Shown: positions 39,090 to 51,876 of the stretch, in pieces
Position numbering within the stretch: the first letter of the stretch is position 1
Layout of the letters: every line of letters begins with the position of its first letter
Source of the DNA: Mobula hypostoma
Lineage: Eukaryota
Reading direction: 5' to 3'
Assembly: GCF_963921235.1 (NCBI RefSeq)
Contig: NC_086108.1
Location: 102,798,001 to 102,862,000, forward strand
DNA length: 64,000 nucleotides
Translations under genes and position numbers: made by a program
The notes under the pieces: model-generated
Databases searched by the model: none
What the model saw: the letters and a program-made list of their open reading frames with translations, nothing else
What the model was told of the DNA's origin: nothing

Positions 39090-39375
39090 TATGGGTGCCA
39101 AGAGCATAGCGGTTAGCGCAACTCTATTACAGGTCAAGCATTCCAGAGTTCAGAGTTCATTTCTGGCGCCGTCTGTAAGGAGTTTGTATCTTCTCCTTGT
39201 GAACCACATGGTTTCCTCCGGATGTTCCAGTTGTCTCCCACTGTCCAAAGATGTACCAGTTAGTAGGTTAATTGTCCTGTGATGAGGCATGTTAAATGGG
39301 TGGGTTGCAGGAGGGCATGGCTCGTTGGGCCAGAAGGATCCATTCCGCCCTGCATCACTAAATAAATAAAAAATA
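39090..39375 (+). mobile_element. V-SINE
   Basis: Head agcatagcggttagcgca, V-domain, A-rich tail. Confidence 0.75.
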
Positions 39376-39964
39376 TAAAAGCCTGGTTGACTATTAGCCC
39401 TGTTGTGTGTAACCAAAAAAATGGCAGATTTTCATTCAAAGGTTCAAAGGTATATTTAACATCAAAGTATGTATACAGTATACAGTATGCAACCCGAAAT
39501 TCATCCTCTTCACAGACATCCACGAAACAAAGAAACATCATAGAACAACAGAAACAGTGAAGCCCTGACGGCCCACTCCCCTCCCCTTAACGCAAGCAGC
39601 AGAAAAAGAACCCCCACCCATGCTACCATAAGTACCGACCCCCCCACCCCATCATGCAAACAACAGCAGAAGCCTCAAAGAGTCCTTAATTAGATTAGAT
39701 TAGGTTATGAGGACACACAGTCCTCTTTTATTGTCATTTAGTTATGCATGCATTAAGAAATGATACAATGTTTTTCCAGAATGATATCACAGAAATACAT
39801 GACAAACCAACTTAAAAACTGACAAAAACCACATAATTATAACATATAGTTACAACAGTGTAAAGCAATACCGTAATTTGATAAGAACAGACCTTGGGCA
39901 CGGTAAAAGTAAGTTGTGAGCAAGTTATCCAAGAAGTGTGGCAATACTTGTGGGCTGTCCAATA

Positions 39965-40355
39965 TGGAGGGAGACCTCAGAAACATTTTGAATGTTGAAA
40001 GGCATGGACAGAGTGGATGTGGCAAAGTTGTTTCCCATGATGGGGGAGTCTAGTACGAGAGGGCATGACTTAAGGATTGAAGGGCGCCCATTCAGAACAG
40101 AAATGCGAAGAAATTTTTTTAGCCAGAGGGTGGTGAATCTATGGAATTTGTTGCCGGGGCGGCAGTGGAGGCCAAGTCATTGGGTGTACTTAGGGTAGAG
40201 ATTGATAGGTATCTGAGTAGCCAGGGCATCAATGGTTATGGTGAGAAGGCGGGGGAGTGGGACTAAATGGGATCAGCTCATGATAAAATGGTGGAGCAGA
40301 CTCGATGGGCCGAATGGCTGACTTCTGCTCCTTTGTCTTATGGTCGTATGGTCTA
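39965..40355 (+). mobile_element. CR1 3' fragment
   Basis: LKGMDRVDV...TRGH...FFSQRVVNLWN and CR1 tail. Confidence 0.85.
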
Positions 40356-41964
40356 ACTGGGATACATCGATGCTGGCTTAAGCAAGAAGCCTCAGACACT
40401 GAATACGAATGAAAATCATTAACAAAACATTTTTAGCTTAGTTGAGCTGTTACAAAGCATCAGTATAGTTATGAAATTAAAACCATTATATTCAATAACA
40501 GTAAATTTCTTGTTTCTCCAAATTCCTATGTGATACAAGTAGTCTGAAATTATATTTGTATTCAGCTTCAAGCAATCCATCATAAACAAAGAAAAATTCT
40601 AAGGAAGCAGCACTTTCGGAAAAAATTGATGCCCACTGTCTTGAAAAATCTTTAATCTTTATCTTTCCTTAAAGTATTGGTTTATTATTGTCGTATGTAA
40701 TATGATGCGGAGAAAAACCATCCTGTCAGATCATCCGTACATTAGTACATTTAAGTCGTGCAAAAAGGAAAGACATAATGTAGAATATAGAGTTCGGGTT
40801 ACAAGGAAAGAGCAGTCCAGATAGACAAATTCAGTGCAAGGGCCATCACAAGATAGACTGAGAGATTATGTTCATCTTTGGCAGATAAGAGGTCATCTCA
40901 AGATTCTGATAACAGCAGGACAGCGGCTGACAATGAGCCCAGTGATATATGTTCTCAAGCTTTCTATCTTCTGCCCGATGGGAGGGGGAGAATAAAGAAT
41001 GACCAGGGTGGAAGGTATCTTTGATTACACTGCCTGCTTTTCCATAGCAGCTGGAACTATAGACAGAGTCAAGAGAGAGGAAGTGTGATATGCTGATCTG
41101 TATCCACAACTTTCCAGAGTGTTGCAGCCTTGGGCAGAGCTGTTGCCATACCAAGCCGTGATGCACCCAGGTAGGATGCTTTCCATCGTGTCTCTGTAGG
41201 AATTGGTGAAAGTCATCGGGTACATGCCGAGTTTTTTTTTAGTCTTCTGAGGAAGTAGAGGCGTTGGTGAGCTTACTTGTTTGTCTGGACCAGAACAAAT
41301 CATAGTAAGATTTACACCTAGAAACTTGAAGCCATCACTCAGCTCCACATCAGCAGTGTAAAACTCCATTATTTTACTCAACACACACACACACAAATGC
41401 TGGAGGAACTAGCAGGTTTCAGGCCAAGACCCTTCATCAGGACTGGAAAAGAAGAAGGCAGAAATTCTAGCTTGTCCCTACCCTTCCCATGCATGTAATT
41501 ATCTAAACTTCTATTAAATATTGGAATTGAACCTGCATCCAACACTTCCGCTGGCAGCTTATTCCATACTTAGGCCTACCTCTGAGTGAAGGAATTCCCC
41601 CTCAGCCTCCTCTTAAATATTTCACCTTTCACCCATAACCTATGTCCTTTAGTTCTAGTCCTATCCAACCTCAGTGGAAATGCCTTCAAGTATTTATACC
41701 CCAATAATGTTGTATATCACGATCAAATCTCCCCTCATTCTCCTGTGCTCCAAGACCAAATGTCCTAACCTATTAAACCTTTCCATACAACTGAAGACCT
41801 CATATCCCCCAGACACCCTTGTGATGCTGCCTGACCTGCAGAGTTCCTCCTGCATTTTGTATGTGTGGCTGTGGATTTCCAACATTTGCAGAATCTCTTG
41901 TGTTTATTATTTTATTCAATACTTTGTATTTATAGATTACTTCAGAAAATTCTAATCCATTGAT

Positions 41965-42110
41965 TAGAATTTGAAATGTAGTCGCTATTGTGATACAGGA
42001 AACGCAACAGCTAAAATGATACAAAGCAAGCTCTTCACAATCAACAATATGAAAGATCTGTTTTTTTTAGCTTTAAAGATTGAGGCATAAATATTGGCCA
42101 GGACAAGAGA
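41965..42110 (-). mobile_element. DeuSINE (SacSINE1-like) fragment
   Basis: Reverse complement reads tcctggccaatatttatgcctcaa...gcgtttcctgtatcacaatagcgactaca, like the Deu domain as I recall it. Confidence 0.6.
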
Positions 42111-42119
42111 TAATACAAA

Positions 42120-42980
42120 GATAGGTGGAGGGGCAGGGTCAATGGGCATTGGAGTGGCAGATGGAGTATAATGTAAGGAAGTCTGTGGCCATTCACTTTG
42201 GCAGAAGGAATAAAGATATGGAGTATTTTCTAAATAGGGAGAAAATTCAGAAATCAGAGATGCAAAGGGACTTGGGCGTCCTTGTGCAGGTTTCCGTAAA
42301 GGCTAACTTGCAGGTTGAGTCAGTGATAAGGAAGGAAAATACAATGTTAGCATTTATTTCAAGAGGACAAAAATACCAAAGCAAGGATGTAATGCTGAGT
42401 TTTTAGAAGACATCAGTCAGACCACATTTGTAGTATTGTGAGCAGCTTTGGGCCCCTTATCTAAGAAAAAATGTGCTGACATTGAAGAGAGTTCAGAGAG
42501 GGTTCATGGGAATTATCCCAGGAATGCAAGGGTTAACATTTGATGGGTCTGGGCCTGTACTCACTAGAGTTTAGAAGAATGAGAGAAGGATCTTGTTGAA
42601 ACCTATCAAATATTGAAAGGTCTGGATAGAGTGGATGTGGGGAGGTTGTTTCCTATAGTAGGGGATTCTAAGACCAGAGGGCACAGCCTCAGAATTGAGG
42701 GACATCCAATTAGAACAGAGATGAGGATAATTCTATTTTGTCAGTGTGTGGTGAATCTGTGGAATCATTGCCATAGGCAGCTATGGAGGCCAGGTCATTA
42801 GGTATTTTTAAGGCGGAAGTTGACAGGTTCTTGATTAATCAAGGTGTCAGAGGTTACAGGGAGAAGGCAGGAGAAGGGGATTGAGTGGTATAATAAATCA
42901 GCCATGATGGAATAGCAGAGTAGACTCAATAGGATGTCTGGCCCAATTCTGCTCCTGGGTCGCGTGGTCTTATGGTCTAA
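42120..42980 (+). mobile_element. Old CR1 3' region
   Basis: WQMEYNVRK...IHFGRRN; LKGLDRVDV...TRGH. Confidence 0.85.
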
Positions 42981-43149
42981 CACTGAGATCTCTTTTCCTC
43001 TTCTTCGTGTATTATTACAGGATCTTTCACTTGGATCTAACATTAATTTTAAAAATACAGTTCTTCCCGAATTATAATTTGGACTTTTGATCTCGCGACT
43101 TTCTCCTTTGAATACCAACACAGTCACAGCAAACCTCCAATCATAAGCC

Positions 43150-43575
43150 TGATAGATTTTGCAGATGCTGGGTATCTGGGAGAACACACACAAAGTGCTG
43201 AGGGAATTCATCAGCTCAAGCAGCATCTATGGAGGGGAATGAACAGTCAATGTTTTGGGCCAACCTTCATCAGGACTGGAAAGGGTAGGGGAAGAAGACA
43301 AGGTGAGGGGAGGGGAATGACTACAAGCCAGCAGATGATGGATGAAACCAGGTGAAGGAGAAAAAGTATGGTGGGGGGGTGGAGTGGGGAAGAGAGGTTT
43401 GAAGTAAGAAGCTGAGAGGTGATAGGTAGAAGAGATAAAGGGCTGAAAAAGAAGGAATCTGATAGGAGAGAAGCAGCAGATCATGGAAAAAAGGAAGGAG
43501 GATGCACCAGTTAGAAAGTTACAAATATCGATGCTCCTGCCATCAGGTTGGAGGCTACCCAGATGGAGCACTTCT
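43150..43575 (-). mobile_element. Penelope-like element 3' remnant with a decayed hammerhead motif
   Basis: ORF HLGSLQPDG.SID; minus strand cagtc-CTGATGA-aggttggccc-aaaa-catt-gactg. Confidence 0.75.
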
Positions 43576-44939
43576 CATCAATAGTCTCTTAGTTGCTGGT
43601 ATTTACAGCATTGACTTTGAGGGACTGTATGGCAGCAAACAAAAAATACATGACTGCCATTGGCATATGTAAAAAATCACTCTGAAAGAATAAAACATAA
43701 ATTCAGGACAACAATAATTCAATGCTGAGACCTGAGTACTGATCATACTCGGATAGATGCAGACAGATTGACTGAAGCTGTGTAATCACTGCTGAACATC
43801 CTAGACGATTTCAAATACCATACACAGAAATTTTTTTGTCAAGCTTGAACCGAAAGAAAAAGGAAAAGAATTTGCATTTATATTGCACCATAAATCAGGC
43901 AATATTTGGCACCTACTCAAAAAACAGGGAGGACGAGAGTGCACATTTGAAGACTTAGTTAAAAAAGTAATATGGTATCCCGCAAGTCTGTTTCATTGGC
44001 AAGTCTGCCGGCGGGTTATCTGTGTATCCTAGTTGTTGCATACACCAGGCCCTGCTGCAGCCATCTAGGAGGTAAGACACTGAGGTTGTGTGTGAGAGAG
44101 CAGAGACAAGTGGGCACGCTGGAGTCATGCCGGGCTGGGGACTGGCCTCTCCCTTCGATGCTGCCCTTCAGTGTTCGCTCAGTAGAAGTCAGGCTGAATT
44201 GCGCTTGTCTGCAGCTGCACTAGTGCATGAAGAGGATCTGCTGCGTGCTTGCTCTTGGAGAAGCGTGGCTCCACAACGGCATCCCATGCACCACCAATCT
44301 TCAGGCCATGCCACTTGGGGACTTGGGCAACATTTTGTCTGTGATGTATGTTTGTATGTATGTTTTTCTGCTACCATAACTATGCATACAATGTGCATTA
44401 TGTGCTATGTGCTGTGTGCACCTGCTGGTACTGCGTTTTGCAACTTGGCCCTGGAAGAACACAGTTTTGTTTGGCTTAAAACGTGTGTGGTTGAATGATA
44501 ACTAAACATGAACTTGAAATCTAGAGATGTGAGTGAAGGAAGGATTTAGAGACGAGAGGTTCAGGAAGGTAATTCCATAACATAGCATATGTATTGTCCA
44601 GGTATAGGTTCATGGGACCAGACAGAATAATAGTTTGGAATGGACTAGATGGGCCAAAAAACCTGTTTCTATGCTATAGTCCTCTATGACTCTATATAAC
44701 TAAGACTTTTGAAGATAGGAGCTTCATTGATGGGGCAAAAGAAGACTGGAAAGGAGAAAAGGCTATATTTTTGTAGGGCAGATGTTATAAAGATGAAATG
44801 TGGCATTTGAGAACAAGGATGCGAATAGTAAATCTGAGCACAGAATGAAATGATAGGCATGCAATGAGCCAGCAATCAACACTGATAAAAGTTCTCTATC
44901 AAAAAACTGTAAATGTAATCATTTAATTAACCTGCAATC

Positions 44940-45300
44940 TAGGTGTCAACTGTGGTTTAATTGGGAGCAGACTTGCCTCTAAACTAGAAGCTAATGTAAT
45001 TAACCCAACTCTGGAGACTTGAAGGCAAAATTCTGGAGAATAGTCTATCAAGTACTTGGGAAGCATCCCACTGCATCCTCGAGATGAAGTGTCAAGCCAA
45101 AGTCTCATCTGTTCTCTGAGGAGATTCCTTTACTACATCTGAAAGAATAGAGATCTGCTTGAGGTCCCAGCTCAGAATTAATCCTCAACCAACAAAATGA
45201 TCACTCTCACTGCCATTTTGAGGATCTTATTGTGATTGACGTGTCCACTATACATTACAATAATGGAGTACTCTAAACAAGAAGCATTCCATTAGCTTGG
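44940..45300 (+). mobile_element. Highly diverged, near full-length DeuSINE (SacSINE1-like)
   Basis: Head ggtgtcaactgtgg...tgcctct; ggagacttga; gatgaagtgtcaagcc; atcctcaaccaaca; tacattacaa, in the expected order. Confidence 0.55.
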
Positions 45301-45399
45301 GTGACCAGAATCAGATGCATTACCACTGACTTACATGACGTGAAATTTGTGTTCGGTGGCAGCAGTACAATACAAAGATATAAAACTCTTACAAGTTAC

Positions 45400-45848
45400 A
45401 TAGAACATAGAACATAGAATAGTACAGCACAGTACAGGCCTTTCAGCCCACAATGTAGTGCCGACCTCAAACCCTGCCTCCCATATAAGCCCGCACCTTA
45501 AATTCCTCCGTATACCTGTCTAGTAGTCTCTTAAACTTCACTAGTGTGTCTGCCTCCACCACTGACTCAGGCAGTGCATTCCACGCACCAACCACTCTCT
45601 GAGTAAAAAAACCTTCCTCTAATATCCCCCTTGAACTTCCCACCCCTTACCTTAAAGTCATGTCCTCTTGTATTGAGCAGTTGTGCCCTGGGGAAGAGGC
45701 GCTGGCTATCCACTCTATCTATTCCTCTTATTATCTTGTACACCTTTATCATGTCTCCTCTCATCCTCCTTCTCTCCAAAGAGTAAAGCCCTAGCTCCCT
45801 TAATCTCTGATCATAATGCATACTTTCTAAACCAGGCAGCATCCTGGT
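45400..45848 (-). mobile_element. Young CR1 3' fragment
   Basis: TRMLPGLESMHYDQRLRELGLYSLE; (CTATGTT)n tail; same subfamily as 6151-6455. Confidence 0.9.
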
Positions 45849-45979
45849 ACAAAATGTGCAAAAAAAAAGAAAAAAAGAGGTAGTGTTCATAGGTTTGTAA
45901 GGGGGTTTCGATTTTTATGTTACTGCAGAGGCTAATTAAAATAGCGTCTTTATTATGTTAATCTGGGGAATGCGGCTTT

Positions 45980-46525
45980 AGAAACATAGAAACATAGAAA
46001 CATAGAAAATAGGTGCAGGAGTAGGCCATTCGGCCCTTCGAGCCTGCACCGCCATTTATTATGATCATGGCTGATCATCCAACTCAGAACCCAGCCTTCC
46101 CTCCATACCCCCTGACCCCTGTAGCCACAAGGGCCATATCTAACTTCCTTTTAAACATAGCTAATGAACTGGCCTCAACAGTTTGCTGTGGCAGAGAATT
46201 CCACAGATTCACCACTCTCTGTGTGAAGAAGTTTTTCCTAACCTCGGTCCTAAAAGGCTTCCCCTCTATCCTCAAACTGTGACCCCTCGTTCTAGACCTC
46301 CCCAACATCGGGAACAATCTTCCCGCATCTAGCCTGTCCAATCCCTTTAGGATCTTATACGTTTCAATCAGATCCCCCCTCAATCTTCTAAATTCCAACG
46401 AGTACAAGCCCAGTTCATCCAGTCTTTCTTCATATGAAAGACCTGCCATCCCAGGAATCAATCTGGTGAACCTTCTTTGTACTCCCTCTATGGCAAAGAT
46501 GTCTTTCCTCAGATTAGGGGACCAA
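45980..46525 (-). mobile_element. Young CR1 inserted in the 5' LTR of element C
   Basis: Very similar to 32145-32686; absent from the 3' LTR; flanked by TTT. Confidence 0.92.
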
Positions 46526-47149
46526 TTTGTTGTCTTAAACGCTGAGAAAGTTTGCGCTAGCAGCTTGTTGTGGTTTAGAGGGTGATAAGAAATACGTTAT
46601 TAACCAATTGGGATAGTTGTTATGGTTTTGGTGTATTTGAAGATACTGTTTGCGAGGGGGTTTTGGGGGCAGAAGGCGGGAGAGCGAGACAGAGGATGGA
46701 CGAGGTGCTGTGAGTCCGCTAACGGAGTCGGACCCCGAGCGGGACTTTCGGCAAGGAGACGGAGACGGATTCGTGTGGAGCGTCTGGTCGACCACCGTTG
46801 TTGGTCCCAGGTGGCCGGTCGAGGTGGTCCGAGGGGGTCGCAGGGTGAAGAAGAAGGTCCTTGAGTTCCAACGGGTTTTTTTTGAGCACGAAAAGATTGA
46901 ACTTTGATAAGTGTGGCGCCTTTTATTTTCCTTTTATATTTTATTCTCTTTTAATTATATAGTTCCAGTAATATCTATAAACTGTATATCATTTAATTGC
47001 ATCTGGTGTATTGTCTGTTATTTGGGCGGGGTGGGGTACCTCACACAGCATCCACACAAACTAATTACCCAGTTTGGCGGGGCCGAGGCTGTTTCCCTAG
47101 ACGACAGCGAGCCAAGCGACCCTGAGGGTGGCCAGGGGGGGCTACATTG

Positions 47150-47167
47150 TGGGGGCTCGTCCGGGAT
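47150..47167 (+). promoter_or_regulatory. Primer binding site complementary to tRNA-Pro
   Basis: TGGGGGCTCGTCCGGGAT, 18-nt complement of the tRNA-Pro 3' end, 3 nt after the LTR. Confidence 0.92.
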
Positions 47168-47379
47168 GCTTGAGTCTGCTGGTATGCTGTGTGGGTGCCC
47201 TGTTTAAATCTGTAATGTGTGTCTCTGTGGGTTATTTGCTGGTTATTGCTGTATGCGTTGTGGGTGCGGTCTTTGTTCGAGTTCAGACTAGCATTGACGA
47301 GTTGGAGGTGGCACTAGGGGCTATCCATGCGGTTGGGAGAGAGAGGAAAGAGTGGTCTGATTTGGAGGTAGAGTCTGCG

Positions 47380-48600
47380 AATAAATGTTCTAGCTCTGGC
47401 AGGCTCCGCCTGGCACTTGGGATAGTGTCCACCCCAGGAGGGGCGGAGGCGTGTGAGACGTGGGCAAAGCGGATCTCTCAGTTGTTAGATGAGTGGCAGT
47501 GCTCGGTTGAAGGAGAGCGACAGGGATTGGTTGAAAGTTTGAGTAGGCGGGCTGGTGACGGTGTTAGAGCTGTCAGGTTCACTTACACCGTAGTGACAGC
47601 TGTCAGTTATTTGAAAGAGGGGGGAAAGTTTTCAGTGTGTCTTCTCTGGCTAGGAGGGCGGCTAAATTGCTTGCAGTGCCAGGGGGATCATTTCAGGGGA
47701 TCAGCCCCTCCCTCAGTTGTTCAGCTGATCAGAGAGGGATCGAGAAACTTAGTGGAGGCCCAGTGGGGGAAAGGCTTGGGGTCTCTGGGGAAGCACGTTC
47801 CCAGCAATGTACCACTGAACTTCCGCAAGGAAAAGACCCTATTCCTGAAGGCTTAGAGGGACCACGCCCCAGGGTGTCGTTATGAATAGAGGGAAGCGAT
47901 GCTAAAGCTATCCTCGACCCCGGGGCACAGATCAAGTCGTTGTACAGTTCGTTTTACAACCGGTGTCTGAAGCATTTACCCTTGACAACCACAAGGGCAC
48001 CGGAGACTTTGGGTACTAGTGGCAGTAGTTATCCAGAAGACGATGATTGGTAAATGACCCTGGAGTTCATGGAGGCATCTTCTGGGCACCCAGCGTGTCG
48101 AGTTGCTTCTGAGGACGTGTGTAGCAGCCTTGAGCCGGTACCGAATTTAAATGAGACCCAGTGGTGGTACGGCTTGGGGAAAGTAGCTGAGGGTGAGACC
48201 CTCTTAGTAGACGCTCCGAACTACCACGAGGGAGGGGAGTTGACCGCTGAAGACACCTCAGTGAGAGAGAGGTCGCGGCAACTGGACCCTAGCGGCGTGG
48301 GAGATGAAGGCAGCGTGTGTGTGGATTATGCGATGTGGTTTGATGTGCTGCATCTGAGGGGTGGATGTTGCCAGATCCTGAGGAGTGCGGCTGTTGAGCT
48401 GAAGATGGCCTTTACTAGTTCCCTAGGATACTTCCGATCCGAAAAGATGCCCAAGGGCATATCCGGAGCCCCTGCATCCTTCCCGCGGGGCATGAGGAAA
48501 ACCATGGGGGAAGTGAAAGTGTGTGGAGTTTTGACGTATGTGGATGACCGCCTAGAGCTTGGATTCGCCTGGGGGGACTATGAGGCAAGGCGAGTGGCTG
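47380..48600 (+). pseudogene. Heavily deleted PNMA-type gag, protease and RT remnants
   Basis: [11 protein letters not shown]...LLDEWQCS...[38 protein letters not shown]. Confidence 0.75.
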
Positions 48601-48659
48601 AGCCCGGGCGACCGAAGCGAGGTGTCAAATGTGGAGGAGTTTTTGGCCGGAGGAGTTTG

Positions 48660-49358
48660 GTGCAATGTGAGGAAAATGACCCGACATACCAGTTGAACTT
48701 CCTGGTGTTGGGACAGACGGTGGTGGACCGGGGGATGGAAACCCAGGTCGTCAATCTGAATGAGACATAGGGAAGAGAGGGGATTTGCACCGCACTACGG
48801 TCATATACTGACGAATTAATCCAGCGAGAAGAAACAATGACCCACCTTCGAAGGGATCAGCAGAAACTCAAGATGTCGATTCAGAACAGATTGGAAGACT
48901 TGCAAGTTGGGGAAGATCAAGAAAGTGTTCTGAGTAAGGTCAACAGAAAACCGAGAGCCCAGGGAGGGGAGTTTGACTACACTCCCGAGGAGGTAAAGAA
49001 ATGGAGGACAGATCTCGGAAATGGGAGGCGGATGCTTGAAAGGAATCTGAAGATGACTATCGCGAGTTTAAATGAAGTGGAAAAACTGAAAGTTGACCTG
49101 GAAGACGCCCTCAGGAAGAAACAACCAGAGGCTGAACACCCTTTAACTGCTGCTTTTCAGGTCAGGGAGGAAGAAGCTGGTGGGGTAACTGCGTCCCAGA
49201 TTGAGATGGCCAGGAACCCTGAGTCAGAACTGCTGAGGCTGTGGCGAGAGTTGAAGGAGTCCCCGAAGAAGCTGACGTCTCGACTGCAGGAGGCTGAAGG
49301 GGTAGCTCCGGCTAAATGTTTCAGTTTGGAGAAACTTAACCAGCAGCTATCGATCGAG
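48660..49358 (+). pseudogene. Captured, internally deleted myosin heavy-chain rod fragment (MYH16-like)
   Basis: [48 protein letters not shown]...[11 protein letters not shown] and [11 protein letters not shown]...AKCFSLEK match class II myosin rod segments in order. Confidence 0.8.
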
Positions 49359-51837
49359 GGAATGAGGAAGGATACAGATTCGAAGGATGATGTGCTGCAC
49401 ATGTGGAACATGCTGCCTTTCGCTAACTTCCCCGTGATTGAGGAAGAGACCTTTGGCCCTTCTCCCACTGAGTCAGGTGTAGTGGGGAGGGCTAGCTGTG
49501 GGCAGTCTGAGTTACGGCAGGATCAGGAAGGAGGAGAGGCGGGGCCCCGGACACAGGACAGGGGGCTCTGAGCTGTAGTGGCGGCCTGAGTGAGAGAGGA
49601 GCTGGCAAGCAGGCCCGAGGTATCCCTAGTAGTGTCTGAGCCTTTTGGGTTTAGGTGAGGGGGTACGAAGGTCTCGGAGGGTTAAGAAGCTCCCAGATAG
49701 GTTGGCCTATGCAGCGCCCGTGGGATGGGAGTAAGGTCCACTGTTTGGGGAGCACTGTCACTGTGTGTATCTGTGTATGTGTGTGTTGTGTGTCTGCAGG
49801 ACTGGTTGGCGAGTTATTTAGAAGTCATGAGGACATGACTTTATTTGGTGGGGGGAGAGTGTAAGGGGGTTTCGACTTTTATGTTACAGCGGAGGCTAAT
49901 TAAAATGGCGTCTTTGTTATGTTAATCTGGGGAATGCGGCTTTGTTGTCTTAAGCGCTGAGAAAGTTTGCGCTAGCAGCTTGTTGTGGTTTAGAGGGTGA
50001 TAAGAAATACGTTATTAACCAATTGGGATAGTTGTTATGGTTTTGGTGTATTTGAAGATACTGTTTGCGAGGGGTTCTGGGGGCAGAAGGCGGGAGAGCG
50101 AGACAGAGGATGGACAAGGTGCTGTGAGTCCGCTAACGGGGTCGGACCCCGAGCGGGACTTTCGGCAAGGAGACGGAGACGGATTCGTGTGGAGCGTCTG
50201 GTCGACCACCGTTGTTGGTCCCAGGCGGCCGGTCGAGGTGGTCCGACGGGGTCACAGGGTGAAGAAGAAGGTCCTTGAATTCCAACAGGTTTTTTTTGTG
50301 CACGAAGAGATTGAACTTTGATAAGTGTGGCGCCTTTTATTTTCCTTTTATATTTTATTCTCTTTTAATTATATAGTTCTAGTAATATCTATAAACTGTA
50401 TATCATTTAATTGCATCTGGTGCATTGTCTGTTATTTGGGCGGGGTGGGGTACCTCACACAGCGTCCACACAAACTAATTACCCAGTTTGGCGGGGCCGG
50501 GGCTGTTTCCCTAGACGACAGTGAGCCAAGCGACCCTGAGGGTGGCCAGGGGGGCTACAGGTTCATGAGTCATTCAGAAATCTGACAGCGAAGGGAAGGA
50601 AGCGGTTGCTAAAATCGTGAGTGTGGATATTCAGGCTCCTGTACCTCCTCCCTGATGGTAATAATGAGAAGAGGGCATGTCCCAGATGGTGGAGGTCCTT
50701 AATGATAGATGTTAACTTCTTGAGGCACTGACTATTGGGATATTATGTTGAAGTTGTATCAGATGTTGGTGAGGCTAATTGTGTACAGTCTTGGTCACCT
50801 ATCTACAGGAAAGAGGTAAATAAGATTGAAAGAGTGGAGAGAAACTTCACAAGAATGTTGATGGTACTGGAGAACTTGAGTTAGAAGAAAAGATTGATAA
50901 GGTTAGAACTTTATTTCCTACAATGTGGAAGATTGAGGGGAGAGGTGATAGAAGTATAGAAAATTATGAGGTGTATAGATAAGGTAAATGCAAACAGGTT
51001 TTTTCCTCTGAGGCTACAACTAGAGGTCATGGGTTAAAGGTGAAAGGTGAAATGTTTAAGGGGAACATGAGAGGAAACTTCTTCACTCAGAAGGTGGTGA
51101 GAGTGTGGAATGAGCTGCCAGCACGAGTGGTGGATGCAATTTCAACTTCAACATTTAAGAGAAGTTTAGATAGGTACATGGTATGGAGGGTTATGTCCAG
51201 GTGCATGTTGATGGGACTAGGCTGTTTAAATGGTTCAGCATGGACTAGGTGGGTGGAACGGCCTGTTTCTGTGCTGTAGTTTTCTATAACTATGATGGAT
51301 AGGCTAGTGCCCTTGATAGACCTGGCTGAGCTCTCAGCCCTTTGCTGCCTCTTGTGATCCTGTGCATTGAAGATTCCGTACCGGGCTGTGATGCAACCAG
51401 TCAGAATGCTCTCCTCCATCCATCTGTGGAAATTTGCAAGAGTCTTTGGTGATCTACCACTGGAGTGCCTTCTTGGTGATTGCATCACTACGTTAATCTC
51501 AGACAAATCCTCTGAGGTATTGATGCCCAGAAATTTGAAGCTACTCACCCTTTCCACAGCTGACCTCTCAATGGTGACTGGCTTGCGTTCTCTCAACTTC
51601 CCCTTTCTGAAGTCCACAATAAGTTCCTTTGACTTACTGACTTTAAATTATGACACCTCTTAACCAGACAATCACACCTGTACACCTCCTTGTTGCCACC
51701 CGAGATTGTACCGGCAACAGTGGCGTCATTGGCAGGCTGATAGACTCAGTTAGAAGCTGCAATTGAAAAACAAGCTTTTTTTAAAATATTGACATGCCAA
51801 AGAAGATGCATATTGTGATCGTGTTTTTTTGTTCCAG

Positions 51838-51876
51838 CATTTATGAGAAACAGTAGGCAACCAGCCTGCATACATG
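51838..51876 (+). CDS. Candidate 39-nt internal coding exon (xFMRNSRQPACIH)
   Basis: Acceptor gtttttttgttccAG, donor ATG|GTAAGC, divisible by 3, only the phase-1 frame is open, lies in unique DNA. Confidence 0.45.

Larger units (their letters stand above)
45896..50559 (+). mobile_element. Non-autonomous Gypsy LTR element (element C) with a tRNA-Pro PBS and a captured myosin fragment
   Basis: LTRs 45896-47146 (contains a CR1 insertion) and 49860-50559; TG...CA ends; TSD GGTT; PPT ggtggggggagag. Confidence 0.93.

Noticed and set aside
46535..47207. ORFs duplicated at 49997-50585
   Set aside because: They lie within the two LTR copies and have no recognisable protein motif
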